A stretch of DNA of 64,000 nt, from assembly GCA_965205865.1 (NCBI GenBank), contig CBDBHR010000030.1, forward strand, positions 1,152,001 through 1,216,000, written 5' to 3'. This stretch comes from a bacterium. Lineage in GTDB: Bacteria; SAR324; NAC60-12. The notes below the pieces were generated by a model that worked only from the letters and a program-made list of their open reading frames with translations, was not told where the DNA came from and made no database searches. A program made the translations under genes and the position numbers. Numbering within the stretch: the first letter of the stretch is position 1; every line of letters begins with the position of its first letter. This document shows positions 41,988 through 52,992 of this stretch, one piece after another.

Positions 41988-43126
41988 TTATCGCCAGGTT
42001 TCAAAGGGGTCACCTTTTTCTTCCAGGGGAAACGGGACCCGAGCTCCCTTAATGTGAGACACACGGGCCGCTATGGCCATTTCGGTGCCGATGCGGGCGG
42101 CGGGACCCAGACAAAGTTCATATTCCGGGGTTTTTCCATCAATCATGTCTATCATGGCACGGGCCATGCGGTGATGGGCATTGAGCCATTTTTCCGGGCC
42201 AGAGAGGGTATTGTCTACCAGCACCTCCCAGAGATCATCTCCGGGAAGGGTCGGGTGAGGATGAGGGTGGTAATAGATGTCCGGTCCATCCCAGATCGCG
42301 CCAGGGAGAAAGAGAGTACCTTCGGTGCCATGGATTTCGATACCATACAGGGAGGCTCTTCCCCGCTCCTGACCTTGGTTGGAACCCAGGATGGAGACAA
42401 ATTCGACAATGAACCCATCAAATTGGTAGTGTGCCAAAAGTCCATTTCCTGCAGTCCTTTTTACTCCAAAGGCCCCGGTGGTGAGGTCTGCGGGAGTTGC
42501 CGGCCGGCCATCCAGGGTGATGAGTGACTGGCACCAGAGGGGGGTTCCAAAAATTTGACAGATGAAATCGTAGTGATGTGGAAAGAGATCGAACATCCAC
42601 TGGTCCCCGCTAAACACATTCCAATCTCCATATTCAGGAGCCCAAGCCGGACAGGGGCCGTGAATCCGAGCCCATTGCGGGATTCCAATTTTTCCCTTCC
42701 GGATCAGCGGAATTGCCTTTTTTTGAATCTCCGGATGCCCCCGCCAGGGAAGTGCTGTCACCAGCAGAACGCCTGCGTTCTCACACGCCTCCATCATTGC
42801 ATCCACAGCTCCCACGGTGGCGGCGAGTGGTTTTTCGACATAAACATGGGCGCCATGTTCGGCTGCCGCCAACACCATGGGCAGATGAATGTTCAATTCA
42901 TGGGAGCGATCACCACAACGTCCGGTTTTTCGGTCTTCAACATTTCATGATAATCGGCATAGCCTGTGGCGGCTCCCGTGAGTTCCATATATTTTTGGCG
43001 CCCCGCTTCATCCGGGTCGGCCAAAGCAACGATCTCGGCGCCTGCCACGCTCACAAAGGCCTGGTCGAAATGATGCCCATAGCCTCCATTGCCTGTTTCA
43101 CCAATAATTGCTACTCGTTTGCTCAT
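41988..43126 (-). pseudogene. Gfo/Idh/MocA oxidoreductase, frameshifted paralog of 48543-49679
   Basis: ORFs 42893-43126 and 41988-42896 join with a 1-nt loss near 42903 relative to the intact paralog. Confidence 0.85.
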
Positions 43127-43279
43127 GTGTCTTCTCCAGTTGAGTTTGTAAGGATTGTTTAGTCAGGAATGGGGGTGAGCAGCCAGTCCGGTTTTACTAG
43201 ATACTGGTTCCATGTCCCGGAGCGGTCTTCTGAGCCAAGGGTGCCATCCTTGATAAAATCAATGTTTTTTCTATTTCTA

Positions 43280-44218
43280 TCACCTCGCTTTCAGGGTGGT
43301 TTTTTTCACCGAGCCGTAGCCCCCGCTCTTGCCACGCAGACGTGGATCGAGCAGGTCCCTCAGGGCGTCCCCAAAGACATTGGCGCTATACACCACCGCG
43401 GTCAGGCAAAGACCGGGAAACCAGGCCAGTCTCGGGTGTCCTTCCATGAACATGCGGCCTTCCCAACTGAGCATCCGTCCCCAGGAGGGGGTTTGGGGTG
43501 GCAATCCAAAGCCGAGGAAGCTCAATGCCGCTTCTCCCAAGATCATACCTCCGATGCTGGTGGTGAAGATGATGAGGATGGGGGCGGTCACATTGGGCAG
43601 AATATAGCGCAGCAGCGTTCTCCCGGTGGAGCAACCGGCGGCCTTGGCGGATTCGACATAGGGTATCGCTTTGACCGCAATGACTGCGCTGCGCACCACC
43701 CGTGACTGGGTGATGCCGACATAGAGACCCATCAGCAGGATGATCTCCACCAACCCCCTGCCAAAAATCGAGACAAAGGTGACCAAATACAACAATCCCG
43801 GAAAGGCATACCAGGCGTCGACAAAGCGCTGGATCACCATGTCGGCTTTGCCGCCAAAATATCCGGAAAGGCCTCCAACCAGGGAGGCAATCACCACAGC
43901 GACCAGACTGCCGCCAAGGCCTACACTGAGTGAGATGCGGGCTCCGTAGATCAGACGGCTGTAGAAATCCCGGCCATAGCTGTCAGTGCCCAACAGATGT
44001 TCCACCGAGGGCCCTTTCAGTCGTTTGACCAACCGCTGTCTGTTGACATCGTGTGTGGCCAACACTGGGGCAAACAAGGCCACGATGACCATGAAAAGCA
44101 AAATCGTCAGACCGATCGTCCCCAAGAGTTTCTCCCGGAACAGCCGTCTGAAAAAATCCACAACCACCGACCGGGATTTGTGTTCAAAAGTGGCTTCAGA
44201 AGGGTTGAAATCGGTCAT
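43280..44218 (-). CDS. Peptide/nickel ABC transporter permease (DppC-like)
   Basis: LGTDSYGRD, YVESAKAAG and LSFLGFG. Confidence 0.92.
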   Translation of the reverse strand: MTDFNPSEATFEHKSRSVVVDFFRRLFREKLLGTIGLTILLFMVIVALFAPVLATHDVNRQRLVKRLKGPSVEHLLGTDSYGRDFYSRLIYGARISLSVGLGGSLVAVVIASLVGGLSGYFGGKADMVIQRFVDAWYAFPGLLYLVTFVSIFGRGLVEIILLMGLYVGITQSRVVRSAVIAVKAIPYVESAKAAGCSTGRTLLRYILPNVTAPILIIFTTSIGGMILGEAALSFLGFGLPPQTPSWGRMLSWEGRMFMEGHPRLAWFPGLCLTAVVYSANVFGDALRDLLDPRLRGKSGGYGSVKKTTLKAR

Positions 44219-44298
44219 GTTTTGCCTTCTATTGTGTTTTCATCTATCAGCGGTCAGCGATCAGTCCCCTGAAAGCTGAAAGCTGGTAACTGATACAG

Positions 44299-45249
44299 CT
44301 ACCTGTAATGTATTCGTGGATCGAGCCAGGCGTATGCGATGTCCACCAGAAAATTCACCAGCACCAGGAAGGTGCCGACTATCATGTTGATGCCGGACAC
44401 CGCGGGATAATCCCGTGAAAAGATGGAGTCGATCATCAACGTGCCCAGCCCAGGAAGGGCGAAAACGGTCTCGATGATCACCGCCCCTCCTACCATCCAG
44501 GGTATTTGGGTGCCCACGACGGTGATGACCGGGATTAAGGCGTTTTTGAGGGCATGGCGCACGACCACCACCCGCTCCCGCAAACCTTTGGCCCAGGCGG
44601 TGCGGATGTAGTCCTGCCGGAGCACCTCCAGCATCATGGTGCGCATCATCCGCATCGTCATGCCGCTGATCAGCAACCCCAACACCGTGCCGGGTACCAG
44701 GATCATCACCAGATGCCCCAGCGGATCCTCGGACCAGCGGATCATGGTCACCGAGGGAGCCCAGCCAAACCACAGGACAGGGTAGATCATCACGAGGATG
44801 GCGATAAAGAACTCGGGTGTGGAAATGAAAAGGATGGAGATGCTGCGGGTAATATAATCGCCGGCGGTGTCCTGCCGCAAGGCGGAATAGATTCCGATGG
44901 GCAACCCAAAGAGGAGGGAAACCAGCAAGGCGACAAAACCGAGTTCCAGGGTCGGGATGCTGCGCGGGAAGATTTTTTCAGTCACCGGCCTCTGGTTATC
45001 CAGGGAGCGCCCAAAATCGGCATGAAGCAAAATGCCGCGTATCCAGCGGATATATTGTACATGGATCGGCACATCCACCCCCAGCTGACGCGCAATCTGC
45101 TCCCGATCAAACCCCGCGGTGCGATACTTGCTCAACATGATGGAAACGATATCCCCTGGGAGAAAACGCACGGCAATAAAGACGATGGTGCTGAAAAAGA
45201 AGAGGGTGGGGATGAGGAGCAGCAATCGCCTGATGATATATCCACGCAT
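44299..45249 (-). CDS. Peptide/nickel ABC transporter permease (DppB-like)
   Basis: YIIRRLL, DYIRTAWAKGL, HALKNA and LDPRI. Confidence 0.92.
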   Translation of the reverse strand: MRGYIIRRLLLLIPTLFFFSTIVFIAVRFLPGDIVSIMLSKYRTAGFDREQIARQLGVDVPIHVQYIRWIRGILLHADFGRSLDNQRPVTEKIFPRSIPTLELGFVALLVSLLFGLPIGIYSALRQDTAGDYITRSISILFISTPEFFIAILVMIYPVLWFGWAPSVTMIRWSEDPLGHLVMILVPGTVLGLLISGMTMRMMRTMMLEVLRQDYIRTAWAKGLRERVVVVRHALKNALIPVITVVGTQIPWMVGGAVIIETVFALPGLGTLMIDSIFSRDYPAVSGINMIVGTFLVLVNFLVDIAYAWLDPRIHYR

Positions 45250-45388
45250 TGGGTTCCTCTTACTTGAAATGGGCGTAGGCGCCTACGTTGAGATTAAGCC
45301 GCGACATCTTTTCTTTCCGCTTTAAAAATTCCCACGCTCCATCCGCATACGGGTAGAGCGTGGGAACGAGGTCAAATGAAACAAAGAG

Positions 45389-47119
45389 CTAGAAGCCCAT
45401 TTCCTTTTTGAGGTCTTGATCAATCCAGATGCGGGCATACACGGGGCCTTCTCGCATCAATCCCAGGAGGATTTCACCATCAAAACCGCCAATGTAAGGA
45501 TGCCAGACTTGAAAATTCGCATGGGGCAGCAGCGACACTTGATAATGCTGTTCGGTCCAACGCCGGGTGACCGCCTTCATGGCTTTGACAAAGTCCTCAT
45601 GAGTCTTGGCGTTGATTGCGGCGTCCATCAAAATTTCCATGGTGGGATCTTTCAATAAGTTATAGATGCAACAGGAGGTGGTTCTGGGATCGAATTGCAG
45701 CGTTGCCCACAAGAGCGGGTCAATATTCACTGCGGCCCAACCGTAGTGGAGTTCATAACCTGCACGGGTTTCGGAGATCATCGTCCAAAAATCCCCCCAC
45801 TCCATCTCGATGATCTCGGCCTCAATGCCAATCTCGCGAAGATAGCCCGTAGCGATCTGGACGATGTTCCAATCCTGTTCCTGCCGCGCGGCATGGATGG
45901 TGGTCTTGAATCCGTTGGGGTAGCCCGCATCGGCCAGGAGCCGCTTGGCTCCTTCCGGGTTGTACTCATAAGCTTCCCGGATATGCTTCGGCATCTCACT
46001 CAAGGGAGTAAAAAATTCCGCAGCTGATTCTCCCAGGGCCGGATAGATGATAGGAGGCACATGCCCCTGGTAATATTCCGAGGACATCTCCTCGTAATTC
46101 ATGGCCATCTGCATCGCTTTACGGACCCTTTGGTCGGCCCAGGGATGGTTCGGATCGTCAAACAAATACCCGATTGCCCAGGATTCCAAAACCCAGCTCT
46201 TCACCTGAATGTCCGGGTGGGTCTTTTTGAGCAGATTAAATTCCTCAATGTTGAGCGCAGCGATGTTGCCTTTGCCAATATGGTCGACCTGACCGGTGCG
46301 AATCGCAGCCATGCGGGTGGCTGTCTCTTTGATGATCAGCCAGCGGACTTGATCCAAAAAGGGCAGCTTGTACTGTGGATCCAATTCATAGCTTCCCCAG
46401 TAGTCCGGATTTTTCTCCCAGGTGACCGAACTGCCTTCTTGATAATCTTTGAGCATCCAGGCCCCTGTGCCGACTTGTTCTTTCCAATCGGTCAAGTCAC
46501 CATGTTCTTTCGGGAAGATTTTGTCCGCATTAGACTGCGTGAGAAAAGTATTTTCGAGATGGATGCTGGGCTTATGCTTGATGACCACCGTATACTCATC
46601 TCTGGCCTCAACAGATTTGATACCATAGGGATCCCACGTTTGTCCTCCCTTGGAAGCTTCCGTAAAACCCGACCCTAGCCCCAGGAGCCGGTGAAAGGAG
46701 TAGACGACGTCCTTCGCCGTCATTTCTCTTCCATTGGTCGGGGGTCTGTTATGAAAGTGAATCCCTTTGCGCAGGTAAAACACCATGGTTTCAGGATCTT
46801 CTATTTCATAACGTTCGGCCACCCAAGTGGTACCGCACGCCTTGACCGAATAGTCTATCGTCCAGGGACACTGATCGCGGGGTTTGCTCCAGTCGCCAAA
46901 ACCGAGTTGCTCATAGACATAGCTGGGTTGCGGGTTTAAATCAATGTGCGGATCCCAACTGGTGATGGTATGGCCCACCGTGGTGAACGTCCCTCCATAT
47001 TGAGGAGTCTTTGTGGCCATCTTCTGGCCCAAAGTGAAAGTGGGGAAGATCAACAGGATCACCCCCAATGCAATGAAACCATAAATTCGTTTGAACATGA
47101 AATTTTTCAGTACAGACAT
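45389..47119 (-). CDS. Family 5 ABC substrate-binding protein
   Basis: LRKGIHFH...TAKDVVYS, GTGAW, NPDYW and AKRLLADAGYPNGF. Confidence 0.92.
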   Translation of the reverse strand: MSVLKNFMFKRIYGFIALGVILLIFPTFTLGQKMATKTPQYGGTFTTVGHTITSWDPHIDLNPQPSYVYEQLGFGDWSKPRDQCPWTIDYSVKACGTTWVAERYEIEDPETMVFYLRKGIHFHNRPPTNGREMTAKDVVYSFHRLLGLGSGFTEASKGGQTWDPYGIKSVEARDEYTVVIKHKPSIHLENTFLTQSNADKIFPKEHGDLTDWKEQVGTGAWMLKDYQEGSSVTWEKNPDYWGSYELDPQYKLPFLDQVRWLIIKETATRMAAIRTGQVDHIGKGNIAALNIEEFNLLKKTHPDIQVKSWVLESWAIGYLFDDPNHPWADQRVRKAMQMAMNYEEMSSEYYQGHVPPIIYPALGESAAEFFTPLSEMPKHIREAYEYNPEGAKRLLADAGYPNGFKTTIHAARQEQDWNIVQIATGYLREIGIEAEIIEMEWGDFWTMISETRAGYELHYGWAAVNIDPLLWATLQFDPRTTSCCIYNLLKDPTMEILMDAAINAKTHEDFVKAMKAVTRRWTEQHYQVSLLPHANFQVWHPYIGGFDGEILLGLMREGPVYARIWIDQDLKKEMGF

Positions 47120-47173
47120 AGCTTACTCCTTAATGTAATAAATTATTAGATACTCCTCGTCCTTCAGCAATGA

Positions 47174-47376
47174 AGAATTCGGCAAAATCAAGAATTAAAA
47201 ATTCCCAAAAACCTTCCCCTTTTCTCTGGGGAACGGAGATAAATTACCTCAACTAAAAGGTGGGCTTCAAGAAAAAAAGAAGAATTCGGCAAAATCAAGA
47301 ATTAAAAATTCCCAAAAACCTTCCCCCTTTTCTCTGGGGAACGGGGATAAAGTACCCCAACTAAAGAGAGATGTCA
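47174..47376 (-). promoter_or_regulatory. Tandemly duplicated promoter/leader unit (about 107-bp period) upstream of the ABC operon
   Basis: GAATTCGGCAAAATCAAGAATT...CAACTAAA occurs twice. The distal copy reads TTGACA-N17-TACTTT on the minus strand. Confidence 0.65.
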
Positions 47377-47543
47377 AAAAAAAAAAGAGGGAATTGGGAT
47401 TGACTATTTTCTTTGATGATTTTATAAAAAAAATTGAATGGGACACCGCCCATCCCCCTTGAAGGAGTTGGGGGCCGTCTCACTCAAAGATTTCAACATA
47501 TTCTAGTAAAAGTCAGCAGATACAACCATACAAGGAGAAAACA

Positions 47544-48395
47544 ATGACAGAAAACACAGGGAGACTGGCCGGAAAAGTCGCAATTGTCACAGGTGGTAAT
47601 AGTGGCATGGGGGCTGGTACCGTAGAATTATTTGTGAAAGAAGGCGCCCGTGTGGCAATTGCGGCCCGGGGAGAGGAAGCCGGACTATCCCTGGCGCATC
47701 GGCTTGGGGATAATGCGATATTTCATCGCACCGATGTCTCTGATGAAACGAGTGTGAAATCGCTGGTCGAAGTAACCATGGCCAAGTGGGGAAGGGTGGA
47801 TGCGCTGTTCAACAATGCTGGGATTGGGCAGAAACACGTCCCGGTGGAAGAATTCACGATGGAGGATTTCGAGACGCTCTTTAAAATCAATCTAGCCTCT
47901 TGTTACCTCGGCATCAAATACGCTGCACCAATTATGAAACAGCAAGGCAGGGGCAGCATTATCAACAACGGCAGCACCGCCGGGGTTACCACCGATGGTT
48001 CGGGCCCCCTCTATAGCGGTACCAAAGCCGCAGTGATCCATATGACAAAGGTCTGGGCGGTCGAATTAGCCGAACATGGTATCCGGGTCAATTGCATTTC
48101 TCCGGGGGCGGTCGTCACCCCGATCTTTTGGGGCGGGCATCATACTCAATCTGATGAAGAAAACGCCACTCGGGCGCAACGGCTTACCAAATTTTTTGAT
48201 GAGAATGTAGGGCTCAAACGAGCAGGCACCCCGGAAGACATTGCCTACGCCGCCTTGTATTTAGCCAGTGATGAGAGCCTTCACACCACAGGTCTCAATT
48301 TGCGTGTGGATTCCGGATTGACGTGCCACAATCGCCCCTGGCAAGACCTTATGGAACGTAGGCGAAGGATTGCTCAACAAATCGAAGAGGAGTAA
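47544..48395 (+). CDS. Short-chain dehydrogenase/reductase
   Basis: TGGNSGMG, NNAG and YSGTK. Confidence 0.93.
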   Translation: MTENTGRLAGKVAIVTGGNSGMGAGTVELFVKEGARVAIAARGEEAGLSLAHRLGDNAIFHRTDVSDETSVKSLVEVTMAKWGRVDALFNNAGIGQKHVPVEEFTMEDFETLFKINLASCYLGIKYAAPIMKQQGRGSIINNGSTAGVTTDGSGPLYSGTKAAVIHMTKVWAVELAEHGIRVNCISPGAVVTPIFWGGHHTQSDEENATRAQRLTKFFDENVGLKRAGTPEDIAYAALYLASDESLHTTGLNLRVDSGLTCHNRPWQDLMERRRRIAQQIEEE

Positions 48396-48542
48396 TCAGA
48401 GAAAATCTAAATGTCCCTCTTTAGCAAACTTGACAATGGACACATCTCATATTCTCTTGAATTGACAGAGATCTTTCTTCTTTGTCAAACGGGGGAGTAT
48501 TTCCTTCAGACAACTTAAAAAATCATTAAAAAAGGAGAATAA

Positions 48543-49679
48543 ATGACTAAGCGTATTGCTATTATCGGAGATACCCACAATGGAGGCTATGGTCATAATA
48601 ATGATCTGGCCTTTGTCGGCGTGGAGGGCTCGGAAATCGTCGCCTTGGCCGATCCGGATGAGTCGGGGCGAAAAAAATACATGGAACGTACAGGAGCAGC
48701 TAAAGGATATGCCGATTACGCGGAGATGTTGAAGATCGAGAAACCGGATATTGCGGTGATCACACCGCATGAATTGAACAACCACCTGCCGATGGTATTG
48801 GCTGCTACGGAGAATGGGGCCCATTCCTATGTGGAAAAACCTCTCGCTGCCACCGTAGATGCGGTGGATGAGATGATCGAGGCGTGTGAAAAAGCCGGGG
48901 TTTTGCTGGTGACCGCTCTTCCCTGGCGGGGACATCCGGAGATTCAAAAAAAGGCCATTCCGCTAATCAAGGAAGGAAAAATCGGAGACCCACAATGGGC
49001 ACGGATTCACGGCAACTGTCCAAGCTGGGCTCCTGAGTATGGACATTGGGATGCGTATGGCGGGGATCAGTGGATGATCGATCTCTATCCCCATCACTTC
49101 AATTTCATCTGTCAAATTTTTGGCAAACCCCTCTGGTGTCAGTCATTCCTCACCCAGGGGGGCCGGCCGGCCACTCCCACTGACCTCACTACGGGTGCAT
49201 TTGGAGTCAAAAAAACTGCGGGAGATGGGATTTTAGCCCACTACCAATTTGAAAGCGCCATTGTTGAATTTATCGCTATCCTGGGCAGCAACCGTGGTCT
49301 GGAGCGAGGAAATTCTACCCTGTATGGTGTCGAAATCCACGGCACCGAAGGCACCTTCTTTCTTCCAGGCGCGATTGTTGATGGCCCCGATGTATTTTAT
49401 CATCCCCATCCCCACCCCACTCTGCCTGGTGATGATCTCTGGGAAGTGTTGGTGAACAATTCCATGTCGGGTACGGAAAAATGGATCAATTCCCATCACA
49501 ACATGGCCCGTGCGATGATTGACCTGATTGATGGAAAAACCCCAGAATACGAACTCTGTTTTGGGCCTTCCGCCCGCGTTGACACCGAAATGGCCATGGC
49601 CGCCCGTTTGTTTCACATCAAAGGCGCCCGAATACACTTTCCCCTGAAGGAAACTGGTGATCCTTTTGATAGTTGGTAA
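48543..49679 (+). CDS. Gfo/Idh/MocA oxidoreductase
   Basis: Rossmann N-terminus and VEKPLA. Confidence 0.9.
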   Translation: MTKRIAIIGDTHNGGYGHNNDLAFVGVEGSEIVALADPDESGRKKYMERTGAAKGYADYAEMLKIEKPDIAVITPHELNNHLPMVLAATENGAHSYVEKPLAATVDAVDEMIEACEKAGVLLVTALPWRGHPEIQKKAIPLIKEGKIGDPQWARIHGNCPSWAPEYGHWDAYGGDQWMIDLYPHHFNFICQIFGKPLWCQSFLTQGGRPATPTDLTTGAFGVKKTAGDGILAHYQFESAIVEFIAILGSNRGLERGNSTLYGVEIHGTEGTFFLPGAIVDGPDVFYHPHPHPTLPGDDLWEVLVNNSMSGTEKWINSHHNMARAMIDLIDGKTPEYELCFGPSARVDTEMAMAARLFHIKGARIHFPLKETGDPFDSW

Positions 49680-49848
49680 CAGATAAGGGGTTAAGTCTTG
49701 ACCCCTTCAGACCCCGTCATGATATGAAAAAAAGTGGTCTTTCTGGAAAAAGAGAATTTTACCCTGAAAGCCACTGATTCATCCTGTGCTTAATTCCAGG
49801 CGTCAATTTTTTGGATAAACAAATAATGAACCATTAAAAGGAATATAT

Positions 49849-50799
49849 ATGAAAATCGTGATTGATATAGCGTTGGAAGCAGATCTTCGTGAACTGATTC
49901 AAGAAGCCGCCGCTGACAATGACGTTCTCTTTTTAAAGGATAAGAAGGAACTGATCCCGGAAAGCAAAGCAGTAGAAATTTATTATGGATTCTGTCACGA
50001 AGAAATCTTTCCACATCTTGTCGACTTGAAGTGGATTCAGTCCCACGGCGCAGGCGTGGAGCAACAACTGTTTCCGGCATTGCGGGAGAGCCATGTCGTC
50101 ATCACCAATGCGGCTGGTATGTACGGGACCCAGGTTGCGGATCAGGGATTTGCGCTTTTACTCGCTTTGACACGTAAACTTCACTATTCCACCCGATTCC
50201 AGGACAAACGCCAATGGCAGTTGAACCTCCTCAGCAAATCGGTGATCGAAATCGGCGGGATGACCATCGGCATTATAGGCATGGGGGGTATCGGACGGCA
50301 CATGGCCAGGCGAGCCAGGGGCTTCGAAATGATTGTCATCGCCGTAGACCCTTACCTTAGAGAGAAGCCGGAACATTGCGATGAATTAGTTGGAATGGAT
50401 CAATTGCCTGAAATCATCAGTCGAGTTGACGTGATCATGATCGCCTGTCCGCTGACCGATGAAACGCGTGGATTGATCAATGCGGAAATGTTGGCGTTGA
50501 TGAAACCAACGGCCTATCTCATCAATGTCGCGCGCGGACCGATTCATGACGAGTCCGCCTTGATCGAAGTCCTCAATCAGCATAAAATCACGGGTGCGGG
50601 TTTGGATGTGACAGCCGTCGAACCGCTCCCGCAAGATAGTCCGTTGTGGGACATGGACAATGTCATCATCAGCCCTCACGTGGGAGGATATTCCCAACAC
50701 CGTCCTCGCCGCACCGTCGAGTTATTCTGCGAAAATTTGAACCGGTATCTGAAAGGGGACTCTTTAAAAAACGTCGTGAACAAAGAGTTGGGGTTTTAG
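49849..50799 (+). CDS. D-2-hydroxyacid dehydrogenase
   Basis: GMGGIG, INVARG, LDV...EP and SPHVGG. Confidence 0.93.
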   Translation: MKIVIDIALEADLRELIQEAAADNDVLFLKDKKELIPESKAVEIYYGFCHEEIFPHLVDLKWIQSHGAGVEQQLFPALRESHVVITNAAGMYGTQVADQGFALLLALTRKLHYSTRFQDKRQWQLNLLSKSVIEIGGMTIGIIGMGGIGRHMARRARGFEMIVIAVDPYLREKPEHCDELVGMDQLPEIISRVDVIMIACPLTDETRGLINAEMLALMKPTAYLINVARGPIHDESALIEVLNQHKITGAGLDVTAVEPLPQDSPLWDMDNVIISPHVGGYSQHRPRRTVELFCENLNRYLKGDSLKNVVNKELGF

Positions 50800-50898
50800 A
50801 GGGGTGAAGGAGATATCCCGGGTGAAAGGGGTCCAAGTTCCCTCGGGCTGTTCAGGAGGAAGGTTGGGGGTCCAGCCCTGAGGAGATAAAAAATTTCC

Positions 50899-52368
50899 AT
50901 GATGCGAACAATCGCAATCCATAGAAAAGGTAGATTGGGAGTTCGGCCCCGAAGAAACAATCGGTTCGTAGGTTTTTTCGGAGTGGCTCTTGTACTGGCA
51001 GGGTGCGTTAATGTACAGCCTGAAGGTTCCCACAGGCCGCAGAGGGAGTGGGAAATGCCGCAAGTTCCCATCACGGTGGAGTCGAAACCTCTCAGGGTGG
51101 ATACTCGTCCCTGCACCGGTTCATTTATTCCTCGTTATTTGTCTCATGACACCCTCGCAACTTCCGGCCTGTATGGCTATGTAAAAAGCATCACCCGTGG
51201 AATGTCCGGTCGCATTGGATTTTATCTGAGCAATGGGGCAGGTGTGGCATTGGCAGACCTGGACAACGATGGTTTCATCGATATAGTCTTACCGGGGTTG
51301 CATGCGCCGACCAGCATTTACTGGAACCTGGGGGGGATGAAATTTCGATACGAGCAGCTGGACGCAAAATTCGCACGGGCGGTCAACGTGGTCGATGTGG
51401 ATGGCGATGGTTTGCCAGACTTGGTATTCACTCATGTGGCAGGCCCGCCCTCGTTGTGGCGTGCTGGTGCCGGAGCATCAGGACCGGCATATACGCGTCT
51501 TTCAGATGATGAATTCCGCGGCGCCTTCAATCTCTATGCGATCGCTTGGGCGGATTTGGATGAGGATGGAGATCTCGATATGGTAGGGGCTTCCTATGAT
51601 TCGGAACTCAATCAACAAGGTCGCGGTTCAGGTGGGGTGTTCCTCTACATGAATGACGGTGGTGTTCTCACGCCTTTCCGTCTTTCCACCAATGCCACTG
51701 CCCTTGCTCTGATCCTCACTGATCTCAATGGGGATAGACGTCGCGACATCCTGGTAGGCAACGACTTCCATCCGGCTGATGAAGTGCTTTTCAACACGCC
51801 CGAAGGCTGGATCAATGCGACTCCCTTCACCAGCACCACCACCAATACGATGAGCTTTGCGGAAGGAGACATCGATAACGATGGGATCCCGGAACTGCTG
51901 GCTACCGATATGAAGCCCTACCGTCAGGATGAAGCCATTGCGCATGCTTGGGCTCCGATGCTGGAAAACGAGCAAGGTTTGGAACCGGGGGACGGGGTGC
52001 AAATCGTGGCCAATGTTCTACAATCTCGTGAGCAGGGAGGCTTGGAATTTGTGGATCGTGCTGAAGAAGTCGGCGTGGACGCCACCGGTTGGAGTTGGTC
52101 GGCCCAATTTGGAGATCTGGACAACGATGGATTCCTCGACCTCTATGTCGTCAATGGCATGATTGCCATCCAACTTTTTGAGCATTTACCCGGTGACGAG
52201 TTGGTAGAAGAGAACCAAGCCCTGCGCAACGACGGAACCGGTCATTTCGTACCAGCTCTAGTTAAATATCATTTAAAAAAGATTCCCGGAGAGGATCGAT
52301 CGTTTTCAAGTCCTCCCACGATATTGTTCAATCGATCGGGAACCCTCTCGTTCATTAAAACAACTTAG
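50899..52368 (+). pseudogene. FG-GAP/CRTAC1 (ASPIC-UnbV)-like lipoprotein, C-terminally truncated near 52260
   Basis: LAGC lipobox and repeated DLDNDG.xD motifs. The sequence switches abruptly to AT-rich repeats after NDGTGHFVPA. Confidence 0.75.
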
Positions 52369-52730
52369 CAAAGGCATCATTCTATTACACAAAAACCCAA
52401 TGTCAACCCCCCAAGGCAAAATAAATGCGGGATTCGCAAAAAAAATAAAAAATCAATAAATCTGCTCAAATCCGGGGACAGTCAGAAGCCGTTCAGTTCA
52501 ATAACGTTGAAAAAAGATTCCCGAGGAGTATCCATCACTTCACTTCCTCCCGCACTTATTTTGAATCGAACGGGCGGGAACCCTCCCAAGATTTTGTTCA
52601 ATCGATCAAGCGGGAACCCTTTTCTTCCCTAAAACAACAAGGCATGATTTTAGTACAACAACTAACAACGCAGCTTCAAGCCCCCAAAAAAAAAATAAGC
52701 GGAGTCCGCGAAAAAAATAAAAAAACCATG
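52275..52730 (-). repeat. Two diverged ~235-bp units, each a promoter-like sequence + hairpin array + T6 (candidate sRNA genes)
   Basis: AAAAAAGATTCCCG at 52275 and 52510; CGGGAACCCT three times; TTGACA-N16-TAGAAT at 52406-52379 on the minus strand. Confidence 0.6.
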
Positions 52731-52992
52731 AAGGGATCGATTGTTTTTTTAAGTTAGTTGGTCAAGGTTTGGAAGACAACTATGAAGAGAGCGGGGGTAC
52801 GTTGACCTGAGGAATGAACAGTTGCTTTCATTGGAATTGAAGAGGTGATTCGAGAGGGAGTCTATGAGATTCAGATCAAGTTCTCAAATGGATTTCTCTT
52901 GAAGAGATTCAGAGATATCTTGAAAACAAAAAAAGACTGAAACGAACCATTTTGAAGTTTCCGGAGACACTCAGAAAGGATTGGAGCGAGAA

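Noticed and set aside
44240-44300. TCAGC/GCTGA short-repeat hairpin between the permeases (also a palindrome at 45329-45367)
   Set aside because: Common intergenic palindromes, single copies here, with no further evidence of function.
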